A DNA stretch of 64,000 bases. It comes from Phycisphaeraceae bacterium (GTDB taxonomy: Bacteria > Planctomycetota > Phycisphaerae > Phycisphaerales > Phycisphaeraceae). Of this stretch, positions 20,801 to 29,785 are shown piece after piece. A program made the position numbers and the translations under genes. Each line of letters begins with the position of its first letter. Positions within the stretch are counted from its first letter, which is position 1. The stretch is from the NCBI GenBank assembly GCA_963674705.1, contig OY771506.1, forward strand, positions 4,672,001-4,736,000, given 5' to 3'. The notes beneath the pieces are model-generated. The model searched no databases. It saw only the letters and a list, made by a program, of their open reading frames with translations, and was not told the DNA's origin.

Positions 20801-22305
20801 ACAGACGACCAGTTCTGCCCGAACCGCAATTCATCGAACTGTGTCGAACCGCTTCCGCTGTAGCGGGTGAACGCCAGCCGATCGAACGCGATGTCATAGT
20901 ACGTGATCTGCGCGTCCGGCGTCGTCTCCTGCGCTCCCACCACCGGGTTCTGCCAGATACTGATCGTGTCATTACCATCAGCAAAGTCGATACGAACGAC
21001 GAACAGGTTCGTCCCATTGTTTAACGTATCAAGTTCAACTGGCGTGCCATCGGTCCCAGCAATCGCAGTGAAGTTTGTATTCCCCGGGTGATACAGGATT
21101 CGGAACACCCGATTGTCACCTGTGACACCATCGTTGTACAAAGAAAACGTCGACGCCGGCGGGGTCGAGCCGTCCACCTGCATCAGGAACGAGAAGTACA
21201 ACGATGAACCGCTATATGAAACACTGACATCACCGTTGCTATCCAGGTAATCCGCAAAGGCGGTGTTATTTCCATCAAGGATCAGCCGTGAAACCACATC
21301 TGTCCCGTTAAGCTGTATGTGATTCGCCCCCGCGTTGCCAAGCCCACTATATGTCAGGCTTCCCGCCTCGCTCGTTGTCATCCCCAATGAAGACCACGCC
21401 CCGTCATACCCCGCGATGTAGGACCACAAGCCATCGATCGATTCACCGCTGACATACTCCACATCATTAAAACCGTCCGCGGTGATCGGTGACCGCAATA
21501 TCAAATCCAGTGCGGCTTCATCTGTCACCGCAGACCATTCACTCCCCAGACGCAACTCATCAAACTGTGTCGAGCCCACTCCCAAGTAACTTGAAAACGC
21601 TACCCGATCAAACGCGATGTCATAAGTTGCAATCTGCGCATCCGGTGTCGACTCAGTTACCCCCGCCGTCGGATTCTGCCAGATGCTGATCACATCGTTA
21701 CCCGACCGGAAGTCGAACTTGATTACAAACAGGTTCGTGCCATCATTAAGTAGATCGAGATTAACCGTCGTCCCGCTAGGTCCGACAATCGCCTGGTATG
21801 TCGACTTGGAACTCGAATAGCTGATCCGAAATACACGATCCGTCGACGAAGTCCCGCCGTTATATAGTGAGAACGTCGATGTTGGCGGCGAACTGCCGTC
21901 CACCTGCATCAACACTGATAGATAGAGATACGATCCATCCAGCGAATCCCCGATATTGCCGTTCGTATCGAGGTAATTTTCAAGCGGGTCTCCAGCCGAG
22001 AGGGCGAACTCGCGCGAGACCGTGATCGAACCATTGAGTTGAACCCGATTATCCCCCGCTTCGCCCAATCCTGCATAACTCAGGCTGCCGGACTCGATTG
22101 AAGCCGACCCGGACCCCGCCCACACACCCTCAAATCCCGATACCGACGTGTCCGTACCATCCAACTCGGTACCAACGGCATACAGGCTGTCATCAAAGCC
22201 CTCAACGACTAGCGGCGCCGAGCTCAACAACAAACGAGACTCAAGTTCTTCAACCAAGTGGTGCATAGGGCGTATACAGGCTGGACGATTACGCAACGGG
22301 TCCAA
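17884..22305 (-). CDS. Large secreted multidomain GH50 beta-agarase-like glycoside hydrolase
   Basis: [11 protein letters not shown] (LEPRxLL-type motif); two tandem N-terminal repeat domains; GH50 motifs [73 protein letters not shown]; dockerin/EF-like [14 protein letters not shown]; Gln-rich tail. Confidence 0.85.
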   Translation of the reverse strand: [1473 protein letters not shown]

Positions 22306-22354
22306 CCTGCTACAGCAGTATGTCGCTGTCCCTGCCAGAAAGCAATACCGTTTC

Positions 22355-22370
22355 GCGCAAAAGTATTGAC
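22355..22370 (-). promoter_or_regulatory. Candidate regulator site G(A/T)CAAT-N4-TTGCGC, copy 1
   Basis: GTCAAT-ACTT-TTGCGC on the minus strand, upstream of the GH50 gene. Confidence 0.5.
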
Positions 22371-22439
22371 CATTTGAGACATCTCCCTATCGGCAGATCT
22401 TTGTATTATTACGAACCAACACCAATCTCGGCGTGTAAT

Positions 22440-22455
22440 GACAATTTCTTTGCGC
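22440..22455 (+). promoter_or_regulatory. Candidate regulator site, copy 2
   Basis: GACAAT-TTCT-TTGCGC, 107 bp upstream of the 22563 start. Confidence 0.5.
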
Positions 22456-22562
22456 ATGCAGCCATTTTCAAATCACTTTCAGAAGGTACTCTAAGAATGC
22501 AGTTATGAGTCATTTAAAACGTCTCAAGTGACATATCAATCCTGAGCACTGGAGGAGAGAAC

Positions 22563-23564
22563 ATGAAGGTATTACCCAATTTCACAAAGTACGCCACGGG
22601 TTTAGCTGCTGTAGCGGCCCTTAGCGTATTCAACATCGTTCAATCATCTGACGCCGCACTCATCGCCACCGATCACTTTCTCACCGGCAACCCCGCTGAC
22701 GCCTCGATCGGTGAATACTCACCCACGTATATCCGCAGGGCACAAACCAGCGGTGCCGGCCAAGACCCGATCATTGACGGCTTTGTCGGTGCCTGGACCG
22801 GCAATGTCACCAGCGGATCACTCGCCGTCGCCCAATGGACTGCGGAAAACGACCCCACAGGCTCGCTCATCCCCTACCAAGAAGGCGGCCGCGCTCGTTT
22901 TGCGGGCTCCAGTGCTGTCAATGCACTGCAGCGTCGTGTCCAACGTGAACTCGATACCTACACACCTTCCGACACCTATTACATTTCTCTCATCACACAG
23001 ATCGCCACAGGTGATCTTGCCGGCGCAGATGGTTTCGTTGGTGCCGGTTTCACCAATACTGGCGCTACCGTCACTCAAACCGATGCCAATATCGTCGGCG
23101 GCAGTGATCTTCGCGGCGTCCTGATCGGTGCAGCTTCCTCGGATGGTCTGACCACCGACTTCGTCATCCGTCACGTCGGCTCAAGCGGTGTCGTTCAGAA
23201 TGATGTACTCGCTTCAGATATCGCCAGCGTCGAACCGACCTTCACCATCCTGAAGATCGAGTTCAATGACGATCCGTCCAATCCCAACGGCAACTCCAAA
23301 ATCACGGTCTGGCACAACCCAACAGCCTGGGAGACCGAAGCCGAGGCCACTGCCGATGTGACACCGCTTGTCTTCCGCACCTTCGCACTACAGTCCAACA
23401 CGGATATCACGCACCTGACGCTCACCGGCCTGAATTATTCCAAGGCTGCCAGCTTCGATGAACCACGCCTCGCCACCACTTGGGAAGAAGTCATCCCGGA
23501 ACCCGCAACCGTCTCACTAATCCTGGCGATGTCGCTCGGTCTGGTGGCTCGCCGCCGAAGTTGA
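22563..23564 (+). CDS. PEP-CTERM secreted protein
   Basis: Signal peptide; C-terminal IPEPATVSLILAMSLGLVARRRS; paralog of 23793..25043. Confidence 0.88.
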   Translation: MKVLPNFTKYATGLAAVAALSVFNIVQSSDAALIATDHFLTGNPADASIGEYSPTYIRRAQTSGAGQDPIIDGFVGAWTGNVTSGSLAVAQWTAENDPTGSLIPYQEGGRARFAGSSAVNALQRRVQRELDTYTPSDTYYISLITQIATGDLAGADGFVGAGFTNTGATVTQTDANIVGGSDLRGVLIGAASSDGLTTDFVIRHVGSSGVVQNDVLASDIASVEPTFTILKIEFNDDPSNPNGNSKITVWHNPTAWETEAEATADVTPLVFRTFALQSNTDITHLTLTGLNYSKAASFDEPRLATTWEEVIPEPATVSLILAMSLGLVARRRS

Positions 23565-23595
23565 TGGACGTGACCAGCTTTTGTTCATACCTCCT

Positions 23596-23623
23596 GCGGT
23601 GGTCTACGGACCACCGCTTTTTT
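23596..23623 (+). terminator. Intrinsic terminator
   Basis: GCGGTGGTC-TACG-GACCACCGC followed by TTTTTT. Confidence 0.85.
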
Positions 23624-23649
23624 GCTTATTTTTTTATATGACGCATACA

Positions 23650-23665
23650 GACAATAACCTTGCGC
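23650..23665 (+). promoter_or_regulatory. Candidate regulator site, copy 3
   Basis: GACAAT-AACC-TTGCGC, 127 bp upstream of the 23793 start. Confidence 0.5.
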
Positions 23666-23792
23666 GATCAGACATTGTTTCAGGATGCCTATGTTGTACT
23701 CTTGAACGTAAGAAGGACTCGATCTCTAACCGTTTATCGCACACTAACCTTTCTGACACAAAGAATTAGGTTCAACCATTGGAGGAACACCC

Positions 23793-25043
23793 ATGTTATT
23801 AAAGAGCAATGGTCAGGCGCAACAAACTATCTTTAGGTCGCTCAGGTGGTGGTCGTCCGCTGCACTTGCGGTCTCCATCCTGGCAGGTACCGGTTCATCC
23901 GCCAGCGCATACCTCATCGCGGCCGACAGCTTCCTCGGCGGCATCCCCGGCGATCCCTTGCTGGGCGAGTACGACAACACTACTTTCAAGAACCAATTCC
24001 GTCGTGGTGAAACCAACGGCGGTGGGCAGAACCCAACTATCGCCGGCTTCATCAACCCCTGGTCCGGCAACGTGACCTCCGGTTCACTAGGCGTCGCACA
24101 ATGGACGGCTGAAGTCGATAGTGTTTACACGGAATACAACTACGAAGCGGGCGGCCGTGCACGCTGGAGTGGCGTCGACAACCTCCAACGCCGTGTCCAA
24201 CGTGAGCTTGATACCTATACACCCTCCGACACCTACTTCTTCTCAGTCACAGCCCAGGTGCTGACCGATGAACTCGATCTCGACGGCTTCGTTGGTATCG
24301 GATTCACCAATACCGGCGCTACCGTCACGCTTACTGATGCCAACCTCGTCGGCGGCAGTGACCTTCGTGGCTTCCTCATCGGTGCGGCTGGTGATGGTGT
24401 ATCTGGAACAGACTGGGTTGTCCGGCACGTTGGTTCAACCGGCGCGGTTCAGAATGACGTAATCATCGACAATATGGTGCAGAACAATCCGGAAACCGGC
24501 ACCCCCTACCTGCGCTACACCGTCGTCAAGATCGACTTTAACGATGATCCTACGAATCCCGATGGCAATTCCAAGCTGACGATCTGGCAGAATCCTACCG
24601 TCTTTACCTCCGAAGCCGACGCGACAGCCGATACCGCTCCGTTGGTCTTCCGCACCTTCGCGCTGGGTACCAACGCCGACATCACTCACCTGACGATGAC
24701 CGGTATCGACTACTCCAAGGCCGCCAGTTTTGACGAACCAAAGCTTGGTACTGCGTGGGAAGACGTCGTTCCCGAACCATTGATCGAAGGCGACCTGAAC
24801 GGTGACGGCTTCGTCGGCCTCGACGACCTCGACATCATCCTCGGGGCTTGGAATCAGAATGTACCGCCAGCCGATGAAGCCGCAGACCCCTCGGGTGATG
24901 GCTTTGTGGGTCTTGATGACCTCGACATCGTGCTGAACAACTGGAACGCCGGCACACCACCGGCCGCTTCTGCCGTTCCCGAACCGGCATCCGCGCTGCT
25001 GCTGGCAACCGGTACGGTGCTGGCATTACGTCGCCGCAAATAA
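23793..25043 (+). CDS. PEP-CTERM protein with dockerin-like repeat pair
   Basis: Shares W(T/S)GNVTSGSL and LQRRVQRELDTYTPSDTY with 22563; GDLNGDGFVGLDDLD-type repeat twice; VPEPASALLLATGTVLALRRRK. Confidence 0.88.
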   Translation: MLLKSNGQAQQTIFRSLRWWSSAALAVSILAGTGSSASAYLIAADSFLGGIPGDPLLGEYDNTTFKNQFRRGETNGGGQNPTIAGFINPWSGNVTSGSLGVAQWTAEVDSVYTEYNYEAGGRARWSGVDNLQRRVQRELDTYTPSDTYFFSVTAQVLTDELDLDGFVGIGFTNTGATVTLTDANLVGGSDLRGFLIGAAGDGVSGTDWVVRHVGSTGAVQNDVIIDNMVQNNPETGTPYLRYTVVKIDFNDDPTNPDGNSKLTIWQNPTVFTSEADATADTAPLVFRTFALGTNADITHLTMTGIDYSKAASFDEPKLGTAWEDVVPEPLIEGDLNGDGFVGLDDLDIILGAWNQNVPPADEAADPSGDGFVGLDDLDIVLNNWNAGTPPAASAVPEPASALLLATGTVLALRRRK

Positions 25044-25199
25044 CAACCTTGATCCACGTACGAAAGTGCGTGTCATGTTCCCCAACCGGGCGGCACTCGT
25101 AAATGGGTGCCCCCGGATTACAACCCCCGGATTACATCCCCGGAAGTTATCGAAGCTTTCGGATTGTCCATCAAGTGTTTCGATCGTGAGTTTTGTCCG

Positions 25200-25895
25200 A
25201 TGGCGTTTACGAGAGTTCTGCATACCGTGTTAATCAGCTTGGCATGTCTAACCATGACATGCGTGGTTTCTGCGGATACCTCGCCAGTATTCATCTACGA
25301 CGCACAGACCGGCATTCTGAGTGTAAACGCCGATCTCGATGCTGGAACAACACTCGTCAGTTGGCTGATCCCCGGACCGCAAGCAACAAACATCCTTGCT
25401 TTTGAAGACGGCACTAACAGCCAGGGAAACGACTGGATCCAAGGCTACTTCGATAACAAAGAACAATGGATCGCCATCACAGGCAATGGCATCACAGGCA
25501 GTTGGGATATCGCGCAATACACAACCGAACTCGAACTCGCTGTATTCGGCCAGGTTGAATACGCGCTGCGATATGAAGCGGGCGGCGGTATCACTGAGTA
25601 CACCACGGTGTCTGCACCCATCCAGTTGCAAGGCGATTTAAACGGCGATGGCTTCGTCGGCCTCGATGATCTTGATATCGTCCTCGGTCATTGGAACCAA
25701 AACGTCACAGCAGGTGACCTGCTGTCCGGCGACCCAACCGGCGATGGCTTCGTCGGTCTTGACGATCTTGATGTGGTCTTAGGCAACTGGAACGCATCAA
25801 CTTCGCCCTCATCAACAATGATAGTCCCCGAGCCTGTGTCGGCTTGGTTTGTTTTGTCTGTCGTGTTCTTAGCCCGACGCTCATTAAAGGACTGA
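25200..25895 (+). CDS. PEP-CTERM protein with dockerin-like repeat pair
   Basis: Signal peptide from ATG 25200; GDLNGDGFVGLDDLD-type repeat twice; VPEPVSAWFVLSVVFLARR. Confidence 0.8.
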   Translation: MAFTRVLHTVLISLACLTMTCVVSADTSPVFIYDAQTGILSVNADLDAGTTLVSWLIPGPQATNILAFEDGTNSQGNDWIQGYFDNKEQWIAITGNGITGSWDIAQYTTELELAVFGQVEYALRYEAGGGITEYTTVSAPIQLQGDLNGDGFVGLDDLDIVLGHWNQNVTAGDLLSGDPTGDGFVGLDDLDVVLGNWNASTSPSSTMIVPEPVSAWFVLSVVFLARRSLKD

Positions 25896-25923
25896 CGCTT
25901 GATCGGTTATCAGGAGTTTTGTT

Positions 25924-27585
25924 TTGCCTGAACAGATAACACCAAATAATGGTCGCGTTGGTATCGATCCGGCCCGAGCGGCTCAATCGCAATACGACGT
26001 GCTGGTCTACGGCGCGACCGCCGGCGGTTTGATCGCCGCTCTCGCTGCCGCACGCGCCGGTTCATCTGTGCTTGTGCTCGAACCCGGCAAACATCTCGGC
26101 GGCATGGTGACCGGTGGACTCAGCGCAACCGATGCCGGCACACCCTCCGCCATCGGCGGGATAACACGCGAATACTTCGAACGTATCGGTGCTGTCTACG
26201 GCATCGACGGCCCTACCTGGCAGCACGAACCAAAGGTCTCTGAACAAATTTTCCGAGAAATGCTCGAGGAGCAGAACATCTGCGTTGCCTTCAACGCAGC
26301 TCTCAAGGAAAACGATGCTGTTGAGAAAGCCGATCAAAGCATCCAGTCTGTCACGATCGAGTCTGGCCAAATCTTCCGCGCCAAGCAGTTCATTGATGCA
26401 ACCTACGAAGGTGACCTGATGGCACAGGCCGGCGTGCGCTACACGGTCGGCCGAGAAAGCACGGAAGAATTCCAGGAAGCTCGTGCGGGCATACGTCCGC
26501 CGGTCTGCTTCGGATATCCGGGTTCCGCATACGACGAAAATGGCTTGCTCCCCGACATCGATGACGGACCGTACGGCAAGGTCGGAGAAGCGGATCACAG
26601 GATCATGGCCTACACCTTCCGGCTGTGTCTGACCAATGATCCCGACAACCGGATGCCGATCGAAAAACCGGAATGTCACGATCCTAGGCGTTATGCCTTG
26701 CTTAAGCCTGTCTTTGAAGCGCGACCCGATGCCAAGCTCGAAGACATGATACTTCCGGTCGACCTGCCGAATAAGAAGATCGACGTTAACAACAGGCCGG
26801 GCCTGATCGTCTCGACCAACCTGCATAACGGGAGTTGGGATTATCCTGAAGCAAGTTACGCAGAGCGGCGAAAGATATGGCAGGAGCATCTTTCATACGT
26901 GCATGGCTTCTTCTACTTCCTCGCAAACGATCCATGTGTGCCGCCGACTTTACGTAAGGAAGTCAAGACGTGGGGCTTGCCTGCGGATGAATTCCAAGAC
27001 ACCGGCGGTTGGCCCCATCAGCTTTATGTCCGTGCCGGCCGCAGGATGATCGGTGCTTATGTTTTATCAGCTAATGACCTGCTAAGCATGCGATCCAAGT
27101 CCGATGCAATCGCTATGGGCACTTACTTCCTGGATTCACACCGCACAAGGCGTGTTGTTCTTGAGAACGGCGATGTCGCAACCGAAGGTGGCGTCGGCGG
27201 TGAAGTCGATCCCTACGACATCCCCTACCGCGCGATGACACCCAAGGCCAAGGAATGTGGCAACCTGCTTGTTCCGGTATGTTTATCGTGCTCAGGCGTG
27301 GCCTGGTGTTCGCTTCGGATGGAACCGGTTTTCATGGCGATGGGCCACGGCGCGGGTGTCGCGGCTTCGATGGCGGCTCGTTCGAATTGCATGGTTCAAG
27401 ACATCGACACCGACAAACTCAGGCAGAAGCTGCTGGTCCAGAAGCAGGTGTTAGGCCAAATCGATCTACCTGCGATGAAGGAACACCAGCACTCCCAACT
27501 ATTAAAGCCGAAGCTGACGCCTGTCGTGGAGGCTAAAAGCATCCGTGCGATGAAACGCAAAGAACAGAAGCACATGCCCTCCTGA
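25924..27585 (+). CDS. FAD-dependent oxidoreductase (PF12831-like)
   Basis: YDVLVYGATAGG, FIDATYEGDLMA, LYVRAGRRM, SLRMEPVFM. Confidence 0.88.
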   Translation: MPEQITPNNGRVGIDPARAAQSQYDVLVYGATAGGLIAALAAARAGSSVLVLEPGKHLGGMVTGGLSATDAGTPSAIGGITREYFERIGAVYGIDGPTWQHEPKVSEQIFREMLEEQNICVAFNAALKENDAVEKADQSIQSVTIESGQIFRAKQFIDATYEGDLMAQAGVRYTVGRESTEEFQEARAGIRPPVCFGYPGSAYDENGLLPDIDDGPYGKVGEADHRIMAYTFRLCLTNDPDNRMPIEKPECHDPRRYALLKPVFEARPDAKLEDMILPVDLPNKKIDVNNRPGLIVSTNLHNGSWDYPEASYAERRKIWQEHLSYVHGFFYFLANDPCVPPTLRKEVKTWGLPADEFQDTGGWPHQLYVRAGRRMIGAYVLSANDLLSMRSKSDAIAMGTYFLDSHRTRRVVLENGDVATEGGVGGEVDPYDIPYRAMTPKAKECGNLLVPVCLSCSGVAWCSLRMEPVFMAMGHGAGVAASMAARSNCMVQDIDTDKLRQKLLVQKQVLGQIDLPAMKEHQHSQLLKPKLTPVVEAKSIRAMKRKEQKHMPS

Positions 27586-27646
27586 AGCATGTGATCTTAG
27601 GGTGATCCGCGTGAAGTATTGATACTCATAAGAACAGGGGCTTACT

Positions 27647-28405
27647 TTGTGGCACGCATTTGACATCATCGCCGACGCCATGCAGATCGAGCAAGGCCTG
27701 CGGGAGTCAAAACCAACAGACATACAGAAGCTTGTGTACTGCGAGCGGGTCGTGCGATGGTTCAAGGATAAATCCGGCACTGGCCAGTGGCCCGCCGTGG
27801 TTGATGAACGGCCCGGCATTTCATATGAGATGGTTCCCGCATCTGCAACCGACAGTAATAAAACCTTGAATATCGAACACGTTCGGATCCAAGGCACTCC
27901 TGTCCGCTTGAACTTGAAACTCGTCCATGCCAATGATGGATGGCGGACCCCGATTGCTTGGAATCTCACCGAAAAACTCGGCGATAACCAATTGAAATCA
28001 GAGTTACAAAACACTACCGAACAAGGCCTGTGGGATGGCAAACAGGTCACACGCAGCATCACCGGTTCAGCCAACCGCATCATTAAACACACATATGCCT
28101 CCAGCCAACCGGCATGCTTCTACGCCCTGCTCTGCTCGTTCCCAATGAACGATATCGCCAAACTTACCGATTGCGATGCGCTATTCACCGAAGGCATGCA
28201 GCAGATGGGGCAAGCCGCCTTTGCCAAAGGTGCGATGGGTAACGCTGCTGAACATGATCTCGCCGAAGGCTTGACTTGTTACAACCTGAATCCCTCGATG
28301 GGTTTCCCGCTTGAGTTCTGGGTGAATGAACACGGCATGGTTGTGTACCTGATCGAAGGCGCTACACGTGCTTGGGTATTGCAGAGCATGGAGGCCCGGT
28401 CATGA
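27647..28405 (+). CDS. Hypothetical protein
   Basis: 252-aa ORF filling the gap and overlapping the sulfatase start (ATGA); start uncertain. Confidence 0.55.
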   Translation: MWHAFDIIADAMQIEQGLRESKPTDIQKLVYCERVVRWFKDKSGTGQWPAVVDERPGISYEMVPASATDSNKTLNIEHVRIQGTPVRLNLKLVHANDGWRTPIAWNLTEKLGDNQLKSELQNTTEQGLWDGKQVTRSITGSANRIIKHTYASSQPACFYALLCSFPMNDIAKLTDCDALFTEGMQQMGQAAFAKGAMGNAAEHDLAEGLTCYNLNPSMGFPLEFWVNEHGMVVYLIEGATRAWVLQSMEARS

Positions 28406-29751
28406 ATAAATATTACGGATTGACCCGCCGACGTTTCCTCCAGACCTGCGCAGCCACCGGCGCAGCCGCGAGTGTTTCGCCCTGGCTGTTCGGCCAGGCG
28501 CCTGCTGCTCCGCGTAACAGGCAACCAAACATCCTTTTGATTAGCACCGACCAGTGGCATTCTGAAGCGTTCAGTCATCTAGGCTCGCGTTACGTGAACA
28601 CGCCACATTCTGACCGTATCGCGGAGCGTTCTGTGCACTTTAGGTGTGCATATGCTGCCGACCCAGTCTGTGCCCCCTCCAGAACGAGTTGGATCACCGG
28701 ACGCATGCCCGTCGAGCATGGCGTGATCGGGAACCAGAACCGCGTCATCCCGAACATCATCGACATGGGCCAATGGTTCGGTCGTCATGGATACGAGACC
28801 GCACACTTCGGTAAGTGGCATACGCCCGGACGCGATCCGAAAGGTTCGTTCGACTACAACCACGGCATGCACCCGGCCGGACAATACGGCGACGCAAGTG
28901 TCGCACAGATGGCTGCGGCGTATCTGTTGAACCGCAATTCACGCAAGCCGTTCATGGCGCACGTTGCGTTCATGAATCCGCACGACATCTGCCAGGTGTC
29001 CTGTTTCCACACAGCACAAAATCAGCTCCCCGTCAAATCGGCGCGCGATTTGCCAGAGTTACCCACCAACTTTCATGCGCAAGAAGGCGAGCCGAATACG
29101 CTTGTGCGCAAAGTTCGGAACTCCCCCAGGCGCGCACAATACAAGTCATGGAACGAAACTGACTGGCGTGTTTACATCTGGATGTACTACCGATACTGCG
29201 AGCTTGTCGACGCCGCCATCGGCAGAGTACTTGATGCCCTGGATGCAAGCGGCGAGGCAGACAACACCCTCGTGATCTACACCTCAGACCACGGTGAAGG
29301 ATTGGGACACCATGGCCTTTTCACCAAAGCCTTTATGTACGAGTCTGCCGCGCGCGTGCCGTTTTACATGATGTATCCCGATCATATGCAGCCCGGCACA
29401 ACGAACGAATCGATCCCGATATCCGGCGTTGACCTGATGCCGACATTCTGCAACGTCGCCGGCATACCGATGCCCGAACACATGTGCGGGCAAGACTTTA
29501 TCAAGCAATACGAACAAGGCGCCAGCACACGTGAAGCACTGGTCACCTCAGCATCCTTCGGCGGTCACATGGTCCGTGACGAGCGCTACAAGCTGATCCG
29601 CTACGACGACGATCCGGTTGTGCAGTTGTTTGACCTGATCAACGATCCGCATGAGATGAACAACCTCGCAAGTGATCAGCCTGGTAAGGTCGCTGAGTTA
29701 TGGCGGCATGCAGAGAAGTTCCACGCGACACTTATTCCTGCAAGTGTTTAA
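28402..29751 (+). CDS. Tat-exported sulfatase (formylglycine type)
   Basis: LTRRRFLQ Tat signal; PNILLISTDQ, CAPSR, FGKWH, YTSDHGE, LFDLINDPHEMNNL. Confidence 0.93.
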   Translation: MNKYYGLTRRRFLQTCAATGAAASVSPWLFGQAPAAPRNRQPNILLISTDQWHSEAFSHLGSRYVNTPHSDRIAERSVHFRCAYAADPVCAPSRTSWITGRMPVEHGVIGNQNRVIPNIIDMGQWFGRHGYETAHFGKWHTPGRDPKGSFDYNHGMHPAGQYGDASVAQMAAAYLLNRNSRKPFMAHVAFMNPHDICQVSCFHTAQNQLPVKSARDLPELPTNFHAQEGEPNTLVRKVRNSPRRAQYKSWNETDWRVYIWMYYRYCELVDAAIGRVLDALDASGEADNTLVIYTSDHGEGLGHHGLFTKAFMYESAARVPFYMMYPDHMQPGTTNESIPISGVDLMPTFCNVAGIPMPEHMCGQDFIKQYEQGASTREALVTSASFGGHMVRDERYKLIRYDDDPVVQLFDLINDPHEMNNLASDQPGKVAELWRHAEKFHATLIPASV

Positions 29752-29785
29752 CGGCAACATTATCAAGTAATAAGAATCGCGCCCT

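Noticed and set aside
25110..25136. Tandem CCCCCGGATTACA x2
   Set aside because: Only two copies with no spacers; a local duplication, not a CRISPR array.
26062..26889. 275-aa antisense ORF and the many other short opposite-strand ORFs
   Set aside because: Shadow frames of well-supported genes, with no recognisable motifs.
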